Position numbers and translations under genes: made by a program. Positions 29,291 to 38,834 of a stretch of DNA of 64,000 bases are shown piece by piece (the stretch's first letter is position 1; every line of letters begins with the position of its first letter). Under the pieces are notes generated by a model. The model did not search any database. It was not told the DNA's origin and was given only the letters and a program-made list of their open reading frames with translations. The DNA comes from an uncultured delta proteobacterium (lineage in GTDB: Bacteria > Myxococcota_A > Polyangia > Haliangiales > Haliangiaceae): assembly GCA_963848295.1 (NCBI GenBank), contig CAWKDB010000010.1:640001-704000 (forward strand). The letters are read 5' to 3'.

Positions 29291-30634
29291 ATGCGTTCGG
29301 TCCTGATCGCGCTTGCCCTCGCCGCACCCCACCTCGCCAGCGCCGCTCCCGCGAAGCTGACGCTCGACCAGGTCATCGCGAAAGCGCTCGCGAGCCCGCG
29401 CGCGCGGATGGCCGGCGACGATCGCGACGCGGCGAAGGCGACCGTCGATCAAGCCGACGCGGCGCGCGATCCGCGGATCAAGGTCACCGCATTCGGCACG
29501 ATCAGCCCGGACATCACGTGCCGCGACCCGGGTTGCACGACGACCGATCCGCAGAACTTCTCGTTCGACTTCAAGGGCCTCTACGGCAGTGCCGAGCTCG
29601 ACATCACGCAACCGCTGTTCACGTTCGGCAAGCTCGATCACGCACGCGCCGCCGCGCGCGCCGGGCTCGCCGCGCAACAGGCGCTCGCCGACGAAGCCGC
29701 CGGCGATCTGGTGTCCGATGCCGCGCGCGCGTACTGGGGGCTCAAGGTCGCGCGCGAGCTCGGCGACATGCTCGACGACGGCATCGAGCAGATCGCGCAC
29801 GCGAAGGACGACTTCGACGCCGAGGCGAAGACCGGCAAGGGCACGGTGACGATCCAGGATCGCCAGCGCGTCGCGGTGCTGCTCGCCGAGGCGAAGGCGC
29901 AGCGCGCCGAGGCCGCGCAGGCCGAAGGCGAAGCGCTGGCCGCGTTGCGTGCGCTCGTCGGCAGCCCGGACGCCGACATCGATGACGCCGAGCTCGCCGC
30001 GGTCGACCATCCCCTGCCCGACGCCAAGACGTTCGACGCCACCGCGGTCGACCAGCGGCCGCAGGCGAAGGCCGCGCGGTCGGGCGCGAAGGCCGGCGAC
30101 GAGCTCGCGGGCCTCGAGCACGCCGGTTACTTCCCCGACTTCGCGCTGGTCGCGAGCGCGGTCGCTTCGAAGGCCCAAGGTGTGACCGACCCGCCCGGCG
30201 CCTTCGCGAACGACCCGTACAATCGTTACGGCGCCGGCGTCGTGCTCGGGCTGTCGTGGACGCTCGAGCCTTGGAACGTGGCCGCGCGCGAAGACAAAGC
30301 CAAGGCGCAAGCGCACCACGCGCACGCGCTCGCCGACCTCGCCGCCGACGGCGCGCGGCTCGATGCCGACTCCGCGCTCGCCGAGGCCAAGGCCGCCCAC
30401 GACAAGGTCGCGGCCGCGCACGATGGCGAGAAAGCGGCGCGGACGTGGCTCGCGGCGGTGTTGCAAAACGAGGCGATCGGCACCGCCGAGTCGCGCGACC
30501 TCGCCGACGCGTACATCGCGTGGTTCCAGATGCGCGCGCGCTGGGCCACCGCGGTGATGCAATGGAACGTCGCCGTGGTACGCCTCGGGCGTGCCGTTGG
30601 TGAATTTCGTGCCACCGGCAGCCGTCCCAACTAG
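29291..30634 (+). CDS. TolC family outer-membrane efflux protein
   Basis: Signal peptide, LTLDQVIAKALASP, ITQPLFTFGK, two helical OEP-like halves. Confidence 0.85.
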   Translation: MRSVLIALALAAPHLASAAPAKLTLDQVIAKALASPRARMAGDDRDAAKATVDQADAARDPRIKVTAFGTISPDITCRDPGCTTTDPQNFSFDFKGLYGSAELDITQPLFTFGKLDHARAAARAGLAAQQALADEAAGDLVSDAARAYWGLKVARELGDMLDDGIEQIAHAKDDFDAEAKTGKGTVTIQDRQRVAVLLAEAKAQRAEAAQAEGEALAALRALVGSPDADIDDAELAAVDHPLPDAKTFDATAVDQRPQAKAARSGAKAGDELAGLEHAGYFPDFALVASAVASKAQGVTDPPGAFANDPYNRYGAGVVLGLSWTLEPWNVAAREDKAKAQAHHAHALADLAADGARLDADSALAEAKAAHDKVAAAHDGEKAARTWLAAVLQNEAIGTAESRDLADAYIAWFQMRARWATAVMQWNVAVVRLGRAVGEFRATGSRPN

Positions 30635-30643
30635 GAAGTCACC

Positions 30644-31261
30644 ATGAAGCGCATCGTGCTTGTCCTGTTGTTCGTCGCCAGCTCGGCCTTCGCCGGCCCC
30701 GGCACCGACGCCGTCAAACATGCGAACGAGCAGATCACCGCCCTGTTGAAGCAGAAGGTCGCGGCCGGTTCGAAAGCCGAGAAGGACCTCGCGAGCAAGG
30801 TCACGAGCTCGGTGCGGGACTTCCTCGACATCGACGAGCTCGGCAAGCGCGCGATGGTCGACCAGTGGGCCAAGCTGACGCTGGCGCAGCAGACCGAGTT
30901 CTCCGCGACGCTGCGCAGCTTGATCGAAGATAACTACGTCAAGGGCCTGCGCTCGAACCTCGAGTTCACCGTCGACTACACCGGCGAATCGACCGATGAC
31001 GCCGGCGACATCGTCGTCGTCACTCAGATCAACACGAAGCGCCACAACCGCCCGTACAAGATCGAGGTCGACTACGTGCTCAAGAAGGACGGCGGCAAGC
31101 TCAAGGCGTGGGATGTCAAGACCGACGGCGTCGGCTTGGTCGAGAACTACCGCACGATGTTCGACAAGATCATGGACAAGGGCGGGTTCAACGATCTCAT
31201 CGATCGGATGAAGAAGAAGCTCGGCACCGAGGCACCCGCGGCGGGCAGCGCGGCGCCGTGA
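30644..31261 (+). CDS. MlaC/Ttg2D-family periplasmic lipid-binding protein
   Basis: FLDIDELGKRAM, WDVKTDGVGLVENYRTMF. Confidence 0.85.
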   Translation: MKRIVLVLLFVASSAFAGPGTDAVKHANEQITALLKQKVAAGSKAEKDLASKVTSSVRDFLDIDELGKRAMVDQWAKLTLAQQTEFSATLRSLIEDNYVKGLRSNLEFTVDYTGESTDDAGDIVVVTQINTKRHNRPYKIEVDYVLKKDGGKLKAWDVKTDGVGLVENYRTMFDKIMDKGGFNDLIDRMKKKLGTEAPAAGSAAP

Positions 31262-32970
31262 CGTCCTACCGCGCCGCCGCTGCGGCCTGGCTCGCCGAGG
31301 ATCCCGATCCGAAGACGAAGGCCGAATTGCGCGCCCTACTCGACCGCAGCGACAGCGACGCCGAGCTCGCCGACGAGTTCGCCAACCAGCTCGAGTTCGG
31401 CACGGCTGGATTGCGCGGCGTGTTGGGCCCCGGCCCGAACCGGATGAACCGCGTGCTCGTCCGCAAGGTCTCCGCCGGGCTCGCCAAGTATTTGCTCGCG
31501 AACATCGGCGACGCCGCGAGCCGCGGGGTCGTGATCGGCCGCGACGCGCGTCACAACTCGCTGGAGTTCGCCGAGGATACGGCGCGCGTGCTCGGCGGCG
31601 CCGGGATTCGCGTCTACCTCGCGCACCGGCCGTGGCCGACGCCGACCACCGCCTGGGCGGTCACCGCGACGAACGCGTGCGCCGGCGTGATGGTCACCGC
31701 GAGTCACAACCCGCCGCAGTACAACGGCTACAAGGTCTACTGGGGCAACGGCGCCCAGATCATCCCGCCGCACGATACCGGCATCGCCGCCGCGATCGCG
31801 ACGATCGGACGCAGCGACCAGCTCGCGATGCCCGAGCTCGCCGAGCTGCGCGCGCGCCGGCTCGTGATCGATCTCGACGAAGCGTTTCACGACCGCTACG
31901 TCACCGCGGTCCTGGCGCTCCGCGTCCAGCCGCAGCTCGCGGGTAACGACCTCGTGATCGCGTACACCCCGATGCACGGCGTCGGCGCCGCGTCGGCCGA
32001 GCCGATGTTCGAGCGCGCGGGGTTTCCGCACGTCCATCCCGAGCCGTCGCAGGACCAGCCCGATCCAGATTTTCCGACCGTCGCGTTTCCGAATCCCGAG
32101 GAGCAAGGCGCGATGGACCGCGTGCTCGCGCTCGCCCGCAACGTCAAGGCGCAGCTCGTGCTCGCGAACGATCCGGACGCCGACCGGCTGTGCGTGGCGG
32201 TGCCGGAAGGTGCTGGCTACCGCGTGCTCACCGGCGATCAAGTCGGCGCGCTGCTCGCGGACTTCCTGCTCGAGGTCACGCCGAAGGATCGCCGGCTCGT
32301 CGCGACGACGATCGTATCGTCGCAGCTGCTGTCGCACCTCGCGCGCGCCGCGGGCGCGGACTATCGCGAGACCTTGACCGGCTTCAAGTGGCTCGGCAAC
32401 GCCGCGATGGACTTCGAGCGTACGACCGGCGGTCGATTCGTGCTCGGCTACGAAGAGGCGCTCGGCTACTCGGTCGGGCCGCTCGTGCGCGACAAGGACG
32501 GGATCTCGGCGTGCCTGATCTTCGCCGAGCTCGTCCTGTGGAACCGGGCGCGCGGCCGGAGCGTGCTCGAGCACCTCGACGACATCTATCGCCGGGTCGG
32601 GTTGTTCGTCACCCAGCAGGTCTCGCTCACCAGGCCGGGCGCCGACGGGCTCGCGCAGATCGCCGCGACGATGCAGCGCGTACGCGCCCATCCGCCGACC
32701 GAGATCGCCGGCTATCGCGTCGTGGAGGTCGCCGATCTACAACATGGCGCCGGCGGCTTGCCGCCGTCCGACGTGCTCGTGTTCCGACTCGATCGCGCCG
32801 GTCGGATCATCATGCGACCGAGCGGCACCGAGCCGAAGCTGAAGAGCTACTACGAAGTCCGGACCGAGCTCGCCGCCGGCGAGGCGATGGCGGCGGCGAA
32901 GGCGCGCGCTCAGGCCGAGCTCGTCGCGCTGCGCGACGCGCATCAGCGCCTGCTCGCTACAGCGCGTTGA
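31258..32970 (+). CDS. Phosphoglucomutase/phosphomannomutase
   Basis: LEFGTAGLRG, TASHNP, DPDADR, GYEEA, RPSGTEPKLK. Confidence 0.95.
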   Translation: MTSYRAAAAAWLAEDPDPKTKAELRALLDRSDSDAELADEFANQLEFGTAGLRGVLGPGPNRMNRVLVRKVSAGLAKYLLANIGDAASRGVVIGRDARHNSLEFAEDTARVLGGAGIRVYLAHRPWPTPTTAWAVTATNACAGVMVTASHNPPQYNGYKVYWGNGAQIIPPHDTGIAAAIATIGRSDQLAMPELAELRARRLVIDLDEAFHDRYVTAVLALRVQPQLAGNDLVIAYTPMHGVGAASAEPMFERAGFPHVHPEPSQDQPDPDFPTVAFPNPEEQGAMDRVLALARNVKAQLVLANDPDADRLCVAVPEGAGYRVLTGDQVGALLADFLLEVTPKDRRLVATTIVSSQLLSHLARAAGADYRETLTGFKWLGNAAMDFERTTGGRFVLGYEEALGYSVGPLVRDKDGISACLIFAELVLWNRARGRSVLEHLDDIYRRVGLFVTQQVSLTRPGADGLAQIAATMQRVRAHPPTEIAGYRVVEVADLQHGAGGLPPSDVLVFRLDRAGRIIMRPSGTEPKLKSYYEVRTELAAGEAMAAAKARAQAELVALRDAHQRLLATAR

Positions 32971-33676
32971 CCGCGCCCGGCGTCGGCGTCGTACAGAACT
33001 TCCAGTCGGTCGCGGCATCGTCGGTGTCTTGCCCGTTCGGCGACCGGCACAGCGAGCCATCGACCGTGTTCGAGTCGGCGATGGTGGTCGGCGTGCCTTC
33101 GACGAGCGAGACCATGCCCATGCCGCTGATCGCGACCGAGGTCATCGCGCCTTCGTACGACAGCGCATCGACCAGCGTCGCGTTCGACGTGTCGACGAGC
33201 GCGACGCCATCCGGCGAGCCGTTCTGGATCGCGTTGGTCGTCCAGCTGTACATCGCGGTCGCGCCGGCGGCGACGCTGACCGCGCTATCGGCGACCACGA
33301 GGTAACCACCGGACGCGAGCGCGGGCTCGGACGACAGGTCGACCGTCGTGTACACCGCGCCGTTCGCGCCGTTGACGAGCTCGACCATGATGCCGGTGAG
33401 ATCGATCGACGCCGGCGTCGGATTGAAGATCTCGACGAACTCCTTGGTGTCGGTGCCGACCTCGTCGTAGTCGATCTCGTTGATCACGAGGTGCGTGCCG
33501 GTCAAGCCTTGGGTCTGCGGCGCATCGAGGTCCGGGTCGTGCGCCGCATCGGGGCTCGAGCCGCGGGGCGCGTCCGGTCGTCCGTTCGGGCTGCTCGCAT
33601 CGGGATTCGCCTTGAACGAATCGGCCTGCGCGCACGCCCCCAGCGTCAGTGCCACGATCACATAGCGGCTCAGCAC
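32957..33676 (-). CDS. Lamin-tail-domain lipoprotein
   Basis: LGAC lipobox, LVINEIDYD, EFVEIFN, IQNGSPDGVAL, PTPGAVN. Confidence 0.85.
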   Translation of the reverse strand: MLSRYVIVALTLGACAQADSFKANPDASSPNGRPDAPRGSSPDAAHDPDLDAPQTQGLTGTHLVINEIDYDEVGTDTKEFVEIFNPTPASIDLTGIMVELVNGANGAVYTTVDLSSEPALASGGYLVVADSAVSVAAGATAMYSWTTNAIQNGSPDGVALVDTSNATLVDALSYEGAMTSVAISGMGMVSLVEGTPTTIADSNTVDGSLCRSPNGQDTDDAATDWKFCTTPTPGAVNAL

Positions 33677-33790
33677 GGTGGTGCGATACCGCGGGGCCCA
33701 TTCCCCCGGCAAGCACAATGATCTGACTGCACCTCTCCTAACTGCGACGCACTTTGGTAGGGTGATCCCGCCCCACGCAAGGAGCCCATC

Positions 33791-34357
33791 GTGAGTGAAG
33801 TTACCCTCGAAGAGCGCGGTAAAGCCCTGGAAAACCAGTTCTACGACAAAGAGAACCAGGCCAAGCTCGCGACGATGAAAGACCAGCTCGACAGCCAGCG
33901 CTCGCGGGACGAGTTGCGCAAGGCATCGGGGATGTCCGACGAAGCCGTGCTCGAGCGGCTCGTCGCGCTCGGGTTGCGTGGCAATACGATCGCAGCGCTG
34001 TCGCTCGTTCCGCTGATCCAGGTCGCGTGGGCCGACGGCGAGGTCCAGGACAACGAGCGCACCGCGATCCTCCAGGGCGCGCATGGCAAGGGGCTCGAGA
34101 AGGGCACGCCGGGCTACGAGCTGCTCTCGACCTGGCTCGCGAAGCCGCCGGGCGACGAGCTGATGGTCGCGTGGGAGGCGTACATCACGGCGCTCGCGTC
34201 GCAGCTCAACGACGAGCAGAACCGCCTGTTGCGCAACCAGATCGTAGGGTTCGCGAAGATGGTCGCGGGCGCGGCGGGTGGCTTCCTCGGCATCGGCAAA
34301 GTGTCGGCATCGGAGGAGAAGGTGTTGCACCGGATCGAAGCGGCCTTCGAGCGCTAG
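33791..34357 (+). CDS. Hypothetical protein, TerB-like domain with IF1/zeta-like N-terminal helix
   Basis: RBS AAGGAG; VAWADGEVQDNER, AAGGFLGIGKVSASEEKVL. Confidence 0.75.
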   Translation: MSEVTLEERGKALENQFYDKENQAKLATMKDQLDSQRSRDELRKASGMSDEAVLERLVALGLRGNTIAALSLVPLIQVAWADGEVQDNERTAILQGAHGKGLEKGTPGYELLSTWLAKPPGDELMVAWEAYITALASQLNDEQNRLLRNQIVGFAKMVAGAAGGFLGIGKVSASEEKVLHRIEAAFER

Positions 34358-34360
34358 CTC

Positions 34361-35347
34361 GTGAACCTGCTCGGCAAGACTGGCGTCAAGGTCTCGCGCA
34401 TCGCGCTCGGTGCGATGTCGTTCGGCGGCGATGCCGACGAGGCTGCCTCCGGGCGAATCTGGCGCGCCGCGCGCGATGCCGGCGTCAACTTCGTCGACAC
34501 CGCCGACGTCTACAACGAAGGCCGGTCCGAGCAATTTCTCGGCAGGCTGATCGGCGCCGAGCGCGACGATCTCGTCCTCGCGAGCAAGGCGTACTTCCCC
34601 ACCGGGCCCGGTGCGAACTCGCGCGGCGCCTCGCGCTATCACCTCGTGCGTGCGGTCGAAGCGAGCTTGCGCCGGCTCGCGACCGATCGCATCGACCTGT
34701 ACTACGTGCATCGCTTCGACGATGCGACCGACGTCGGCGAGACGTTGCGCGCGCTCGACGACCTGGTCCGCGCCGGCAAGATCCTCTACCCCGCGTGCTC
34801 GAACTTCGCCGCCTGGCAGGTCGCGCACGCGCTCGGCGTGGCGGCCGCGCACGGCCTCGCCCCGTTCGTCGCGATCCAGCCGATGTACAACCTGGTCAAG
34901 CGCGCGGCCGAGATCGAGATCCTGCCGATGGCCCACGCGCTCGGGCTCGCGGTCGTGCCGTACAGCCCGACCGGCGGTGGCCTGCTCACCGGCAAGTACG
35001 GTGCGGGCAAGCGCCCCGACCACGGCCGGTTGCGCGACTGGAAGATGTACGAGACGCGCTACGGCGATCCCGCGTGCTACACGACCGCGGATGCGTTCTG
35101 TGCGCTCGCCGCGGAGCTCGGTCATGCACCGACGACGCTCGCGATCGCCTGGGTCGCCTCGCATCCGGCGGTGACGAGCGTGTTGGTCGGCGGCCGAGAC
35201 GAGCACCAGCTCGCGCCGGCGTTTGCCGCCGGCGATCTGCGCCTCGATCCGGCGACCCGCGCGCGGATCAGCGCGCTCTCCGCCGAGCCTCCGCCCGCGA
35301 CCGATCGCAACGAAGAGAGCACCGCGCACAACTACGGCACGCGCTAA
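34361..35347 (+). CDS. Aldo/keto reductase
   Basis: LGKTGVKVSRIALGAM, DTADVY, SLRRLATDRIDLYYVH, QPMYNL, YSPTGGGLLTGKY. Confidence 0.95.
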   Translation: MNLLGKTGVKVSRIALGAMSFGGDADEAASGRIWRAARDAGVNFVDTADVYNEGRSEQFLGRLIGAERDDLVLASKAYFPTGPGANSRGASRYHLVRAVEASLRRLATDRIDLYYVHRFDDATDVGETLRALDDLVRAGKILYPACSNFAAWQVAHALGVAAAHGLAPFVAIQPMYNLVKRAAEIEILPMAHALGLAVVPYSPTGGGLLTGKYGAGKRPDHGRLRDWKMYETRYGDPACYTTADAFCALAAELGHAPTTLAIAWVASHPAVTSVLVGGRDEHQLAPAFAAGDLRLDPATRARISALSAEPPPATDRNEESTAHNYGTR

Positions 35348-35606
35348 GCGACTCTCTCTACGAGGATGCGCCCTTCGGCGGAGCGGAACGCGTTGACGAA
35401 GTGGTCGGTGAGCGTGAATGCACGCTTGTTCGACGCGCGCCGTCGCGAGGGCTGTACCCCACGAGGCCGAGCAGCTCCGGCGAAACGGTCGTCATCGTGG
35501 CGCCGGTGTCGAGCAACATCCGCGCAGTCGTCGTCCCTCGCGGGCCGACGATGTTCGCCTCGACGACGATCAGCTTGCCGGCGTCGAAGAGTGTCTCATG
35601 TCTCAT
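35344..35606 (-). pseudogene. Retropepsin-like aspartic protease, internally deleted and frameshifted
   Basis: MLLDTGATMT catalytic motif; only about 62 aa precede the break; an alternative frame gives a C-terminus-like RSAEGRILVERVA*; no GxLG half. Confidence 0.65.
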
Positions 35607-35886
35607 CTTCGACGATCGCTCGGATGATGGGAGGTGGGGCCCTGAGTGTTCCCGTGTAAAAATGGCCGATCGTCGAATACCGACTCCACCAGGCCTTCGC
35701 CTGCACGATCGGCTCGCGCTTCGTCTTGCCGTGGCCAATAACCCGCGCGGTCGAGATCCTCACGTCGTTCGGTCGACCGTGCGCGATCTCGACGAGGCAC
35801 ACCCACTCGTCTGGATGGCGCTCGCAGATCTCCGGCCATGTGAGGGTGTCGGAGATCGCAGATTCACACTTCTCGGCAGAGACCAC
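35596..35886 (-). CDS. Small hypothetical protein (DUF5678-like)
   Basis: LTWPEICERHPDEWV...VIGHG; overlaps the protease start. Confidence 0.6.
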   Translation of the reverse strand: MVSAEKCESAISDTLTWPEICERHPDEWVCLVEIAHGRPNDVRISTARVIGHGKTKREPIVQAKAWWSRYSTIGHFYTGTLRAPPPIIRAIVEDET

Positions 35887-35892
35887 GTGACC

Positions 35893-35920
35893 ATCGTCGG
35901 CTCGGCGCGATGTCTGTCAA
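35893..35920 (-). promoter_or_regulatory. Candidate sigma70 promoter (TTGACA-N16-GACGAT)
   Basis: Perfect -35 hexamer; -10-like hexamer 6 nt before GTG 35886. Confidence 0.45.
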
Positions 35921-35942
35921 GTTTTCGGCAAAGCGGTCGAAC

Positions 35943-36380
35943 TTAGATCGTGTTCGGGATCGCGCCCCAGATGATCGCGAGCCACGCGGCGCCGCTCAGC
36001 ATCGCGATCACGCCGACGACCGGCTGAGCCGGCGCGAGCGCCCGGCCGACTCGCTCACCTTGGGCGCCGAGCGCCAGCGCGCCGAGCATCACGCCGAGCA
36101 CCACCGCGCACACGACGCCGACGAGATCGACCGTTGCGAACACCGGCGTGTGGATCAGCGCGGAGACGAGCCCCGGCGCGAGCCACGCGATCCGCCACAG
36201 CCCGCAGAACAACAACGCCGCACCGATCAGGGACCGGTACGGTGCGACCGCGGCGATCACGTCGGCGACGCGCGATCTGCGCGCGATACCGAGGGACGAC
36301 GCCGCGAGCAGACCGCCGAGCATCAACAGGAGCGGAACGACGTAGAGCAGATAACTCCGTTCCGCTTCGGCGACTGCCAA
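35943..36380 (-). CDS. Four-TM membrane protein (paralog of 36400-36825)
   Basis: PLLLMLGGLLAASSL...VAPYRSLIG...LAPAQPVVG. Confidence 0.7.
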   Translation of the reverse strand: MAVAEAERSYLLYVVPLLLMLGGLLAASSLGIARRSRVADVIAAVAPYRSLIGAALLFCGLWRIAWLAPGLVSALIHTPVFATVDLVGVVCAVVLGVMLGALALGAQGERVGRALAPAQPVVGVIAMLSGAAWLAIIWGAIPNTI

Positions 36381-36399
36381 TCCAGTACGCGAGAGCGAG

Positions 36400-36825
36400 C
36401 TACGGCTTCAGGATACCCCAGATGAACAGCAGGCCGAGCACCGCCGAGCCGATCGCGATCAGGCCGATGATCACCTGGAACGGCGCCAGCTTCTTGGCCA
36501 TCTGCTCGCCCTTCGCCGCACCCGACGCCGACATCTTCGCCAGCATCGGCATGCCGAACATGATGCCGAGCAGGACCGAGGTGGCGAGCATCGCGATGAT
36601 GTCGATGCCGAGCAGCGGCGCGGCCTTGATGACGTCGATGGCGTACTTTGGTCCGATGCGGATGAAGTTGTAGATGCCCCAGACCAGCAGGATGATGCCG
36701 ATCGTCGCCTGATACGGCGCGATCTTCGCGATCATCTCTTTCGCGTCGGGCTTCTTCGCTACGATCAGGCTAGAGGCCGCGAGAATACCGCCAAGAATGA
36801 GCAGGAATGGTTCTATGTAATCCAT
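36400..36825 (-). CDS. Four-TM membrane protein
   Basis: PFLLILGGILAASSL...IAPYQATIG...LAPFQVIIG. Confidence 0.8.
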   Translation of the reverse strand: MDYIEPFLLILGGILAASSLIVAKKPDAKEMIAKIAPYQATIGIILLVWGIYNFIRIGPKYAIDVIKAAPLLGIDIIAMLATSVLLGIMFGMPMLAKMSASGAAKGEQMAKKLAPFQVIIGLIAIGSAVLGLLFIWGILKP

Positions 36826-36910
36826 CGGTCGTCCCCCAAAGCCGGCGTTGATCGCGGCTGGGAGAAATCGTATCGGCTCGCGCTACAGCAATCAATGCGG
36901 CCGCCTCACT

Positions 36911-38593
36911 TCAATACGCATCCGCCATCATCAAATTGACTTGCGGGCGCCCTTGATAACGCCTGCGACCTGCGGTCCGGAGCTCACCTACACCGTCGCC
37001 GACGAGACGATCGAGCTCGTCGCGCCAGCGCTTGGCTAACTCGGGGTCCGCGCCCGCCGCGGCGCGAGATCCCCACAGCAACAACTGACCGCGGCGATAG
37101 GCTTCGACCTCTTCGCCGAGGCCGGCGTGAACATGGACGATCGCGCGGTCGCGGGCGCCATCGGCGAGCGCGAGCCACGCCGCCGATAGGCGAAGCGATG
37201 GATCGGCGGGAGCGAGCGCGACCGCGCGCTCGATCGCCGCGCGTGCCGCGGACACGTCGTGATCGTGCTCGTAGGCCCGAACCGCCTCGCGAACGTGAAG
37301 CGTCGCCGGCGCGTGGGGCCGCGCGAGGTCACACGGCGCGACCCGAAACCGCGAAGCCGGTGCCACGCCGTCGTGATCGGCGGTCCAGCCACCGGCCGGC
37401 CCGTCCCAGCTCCAGCCGACCTCGGCCCATTGCCCCTCGCAGCACGGTGCGCGATCGATGCCGACCCAGGCCCGCATCGCCGCCGGCTCGACGACGGCGC
37501 TATGGACGTTCGTCGGCTGCGCGACGATGGCGCCGAGGTGACGCTCGCGGTCGGGCGCGGCGGGATCGCGGCGATCGCCGAGCATCGCGACGAGCTTGCG
37601 CGGCGTGAGCGGTCGTTCGGCGGCGAGCTCGGTCAGCCGGCGTTCGCGGCGCTGCGAGTGAAGACCCCACGCGGCCGACGCCGCGAGCTCGCCGGCGACG
37701 AGCGACGGCGTGCGATAGTGGTTGTTGCACACCAGCGTCGACGCTCCCGGCGCGGGCCGCACGACCTCGAGCTGCGGCCCGGCGAGCTCGAGCACGAGCG
37801 CGGCCTGCTCGCGTGCGCTGCCGATCGCGATGCCCCACGTCGACGACGCCGGATATTCGCGCGCGATCGCGATCGCATCGGCGAGCGTCTCGGCCCGGCG
37901 CGCGAGCTCGTGGATGACGTCGACGATCATCGCGCCTCGCCACGTCACGCCGCGATGCCAGCGCGTGTGCGGCGCGAACACGAGCCCGGCTTCGTTGACC
38001 ACGGTCACGACTGGCGCGTCCCCGCCCTTCGCGGTGAAAAAGCCGTAGCGCTGGCCGCGATCCGGCGCGCACACGACGAACGCGGGCGCCACGTCCCACA
38101 CGCCGACGCCCGGGAAATCGAAGTTGCGCGCGAACAGCAGCTCGCCGTTCGCGGTCGCGTCGCCCCAGGCGATCACGGTCGAGCACGCCGGCACCGCCGC
38201 GGCGGTCGCGCGCGCGATCAACTTGCGATCGAACGGGCCCAGACCGCCCCGCGCGGCGAGCGCGACGCAGTTCTGCAGCGAGTCCATCGTCGCGAGCGCG
38301 CGCATGCCGGCGTCGACCTCGCGCAGGTCCACCGCCTCGACATACGCGCGTGACCTCGCGAGTAGCGCAGCCGGACGATCGCGGACGAGCCGCGCCTGCC
38401 ACGCGTGCGACAACGCACGGACCGCGCACCGCGCGACGACGCCACCGGCACCAGGCGCGCCGCCGACGAGCACGCGCTCGGGCATCGACCGGTAGAACGC
38501 GAGCAAGCGCCGCGCTTCGTCGCCGGCGAGCCGGCCATGTTGCGCGCCCATGTCGGGCTGAGCGCCGGTCAAACGAGCGAGCCAGAGCGGCAT
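36911..38593 (-). CDS. C45 family Ntn-hydrolase/acyltransferase with C-terminal TPR-like region
   Basis: MGAQHG, ACSTVIAWGDAT...LFARNFDF, VNEAGL, CNNHY. Confidence 0.82.
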   Translation of the reverse strand: MPLWLARLTGAQPDMGAQHGRLAGDEARRLLAFYRSMPERVLVGGAPGAGGVVARCAVRALSHAWQARLVRDRPAALLARSRAYVEAVDLREVDAGMRALATMDSLQNCVALAARGGLGPFDRKLIARATAAAVPACSTVIAWGDATANGELLFARNFDFPGVGVWDVAPAFVVCAPDRGQRYGFFTAKGGDAPVVTVVNEAGLVFAPHTRWHRGVTWRGAMIVDVIHELARRAETLADAIAIAREYPASSTWGIAIGSAREQAALVLELAGPQLEVVRPAPGASTLVCNNHYRTPSLVAGELAASAAWGLHSQRRERRLTELAAERPLTPRKLVAMLGDRRDPAAPDRERHLGAIVAQPTNVHSAVVEPAAMRAWVGIDRAPCCEGQWAEVGWSWDGPAGGWTADHDGVAPASRFRVAPCDLARPHAPATLHVREAVRAYEHDHDVSAARAAIERAVALAPADPSLRLSAAWLALADGARDRAIVHVHAGLGEEVEAYRRGQLLLWGSRAAAGADPELAKRWRDELDRLVGDGVGELRTAGRRRYQGRPQVNLMMADAY

Positions 38594-38834
38594 TTGCGCG
38601 GAATTCTGCCACTAAACCGCGGCCGTGAACGGGGCCTTCGATCCAAAAAAGTCGGCCGTCGTTGCTCGCCGGACCGCCGAACGATCGACGGAGCTCGGGG
38701 CGGGAAGTCCGGCGGATATTTCGCCGTAAGAGGACCATGCGGGAGCCAACCTCCGCGTTCGTCGTGTACGCTGCTTCGCGATCGTGGAGCTGAGCGTGAC
38801 GCGCGACGATGTGGTGCTTCAGCGACCGGAAGAC

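Noticed and set aside
32957..35329. 790-aa minus-strand ORF
   Set aside because: Mostly the antisense shadow of the AKR and TerB-like genes. Only the lamin-tail lipoprotein part is real.
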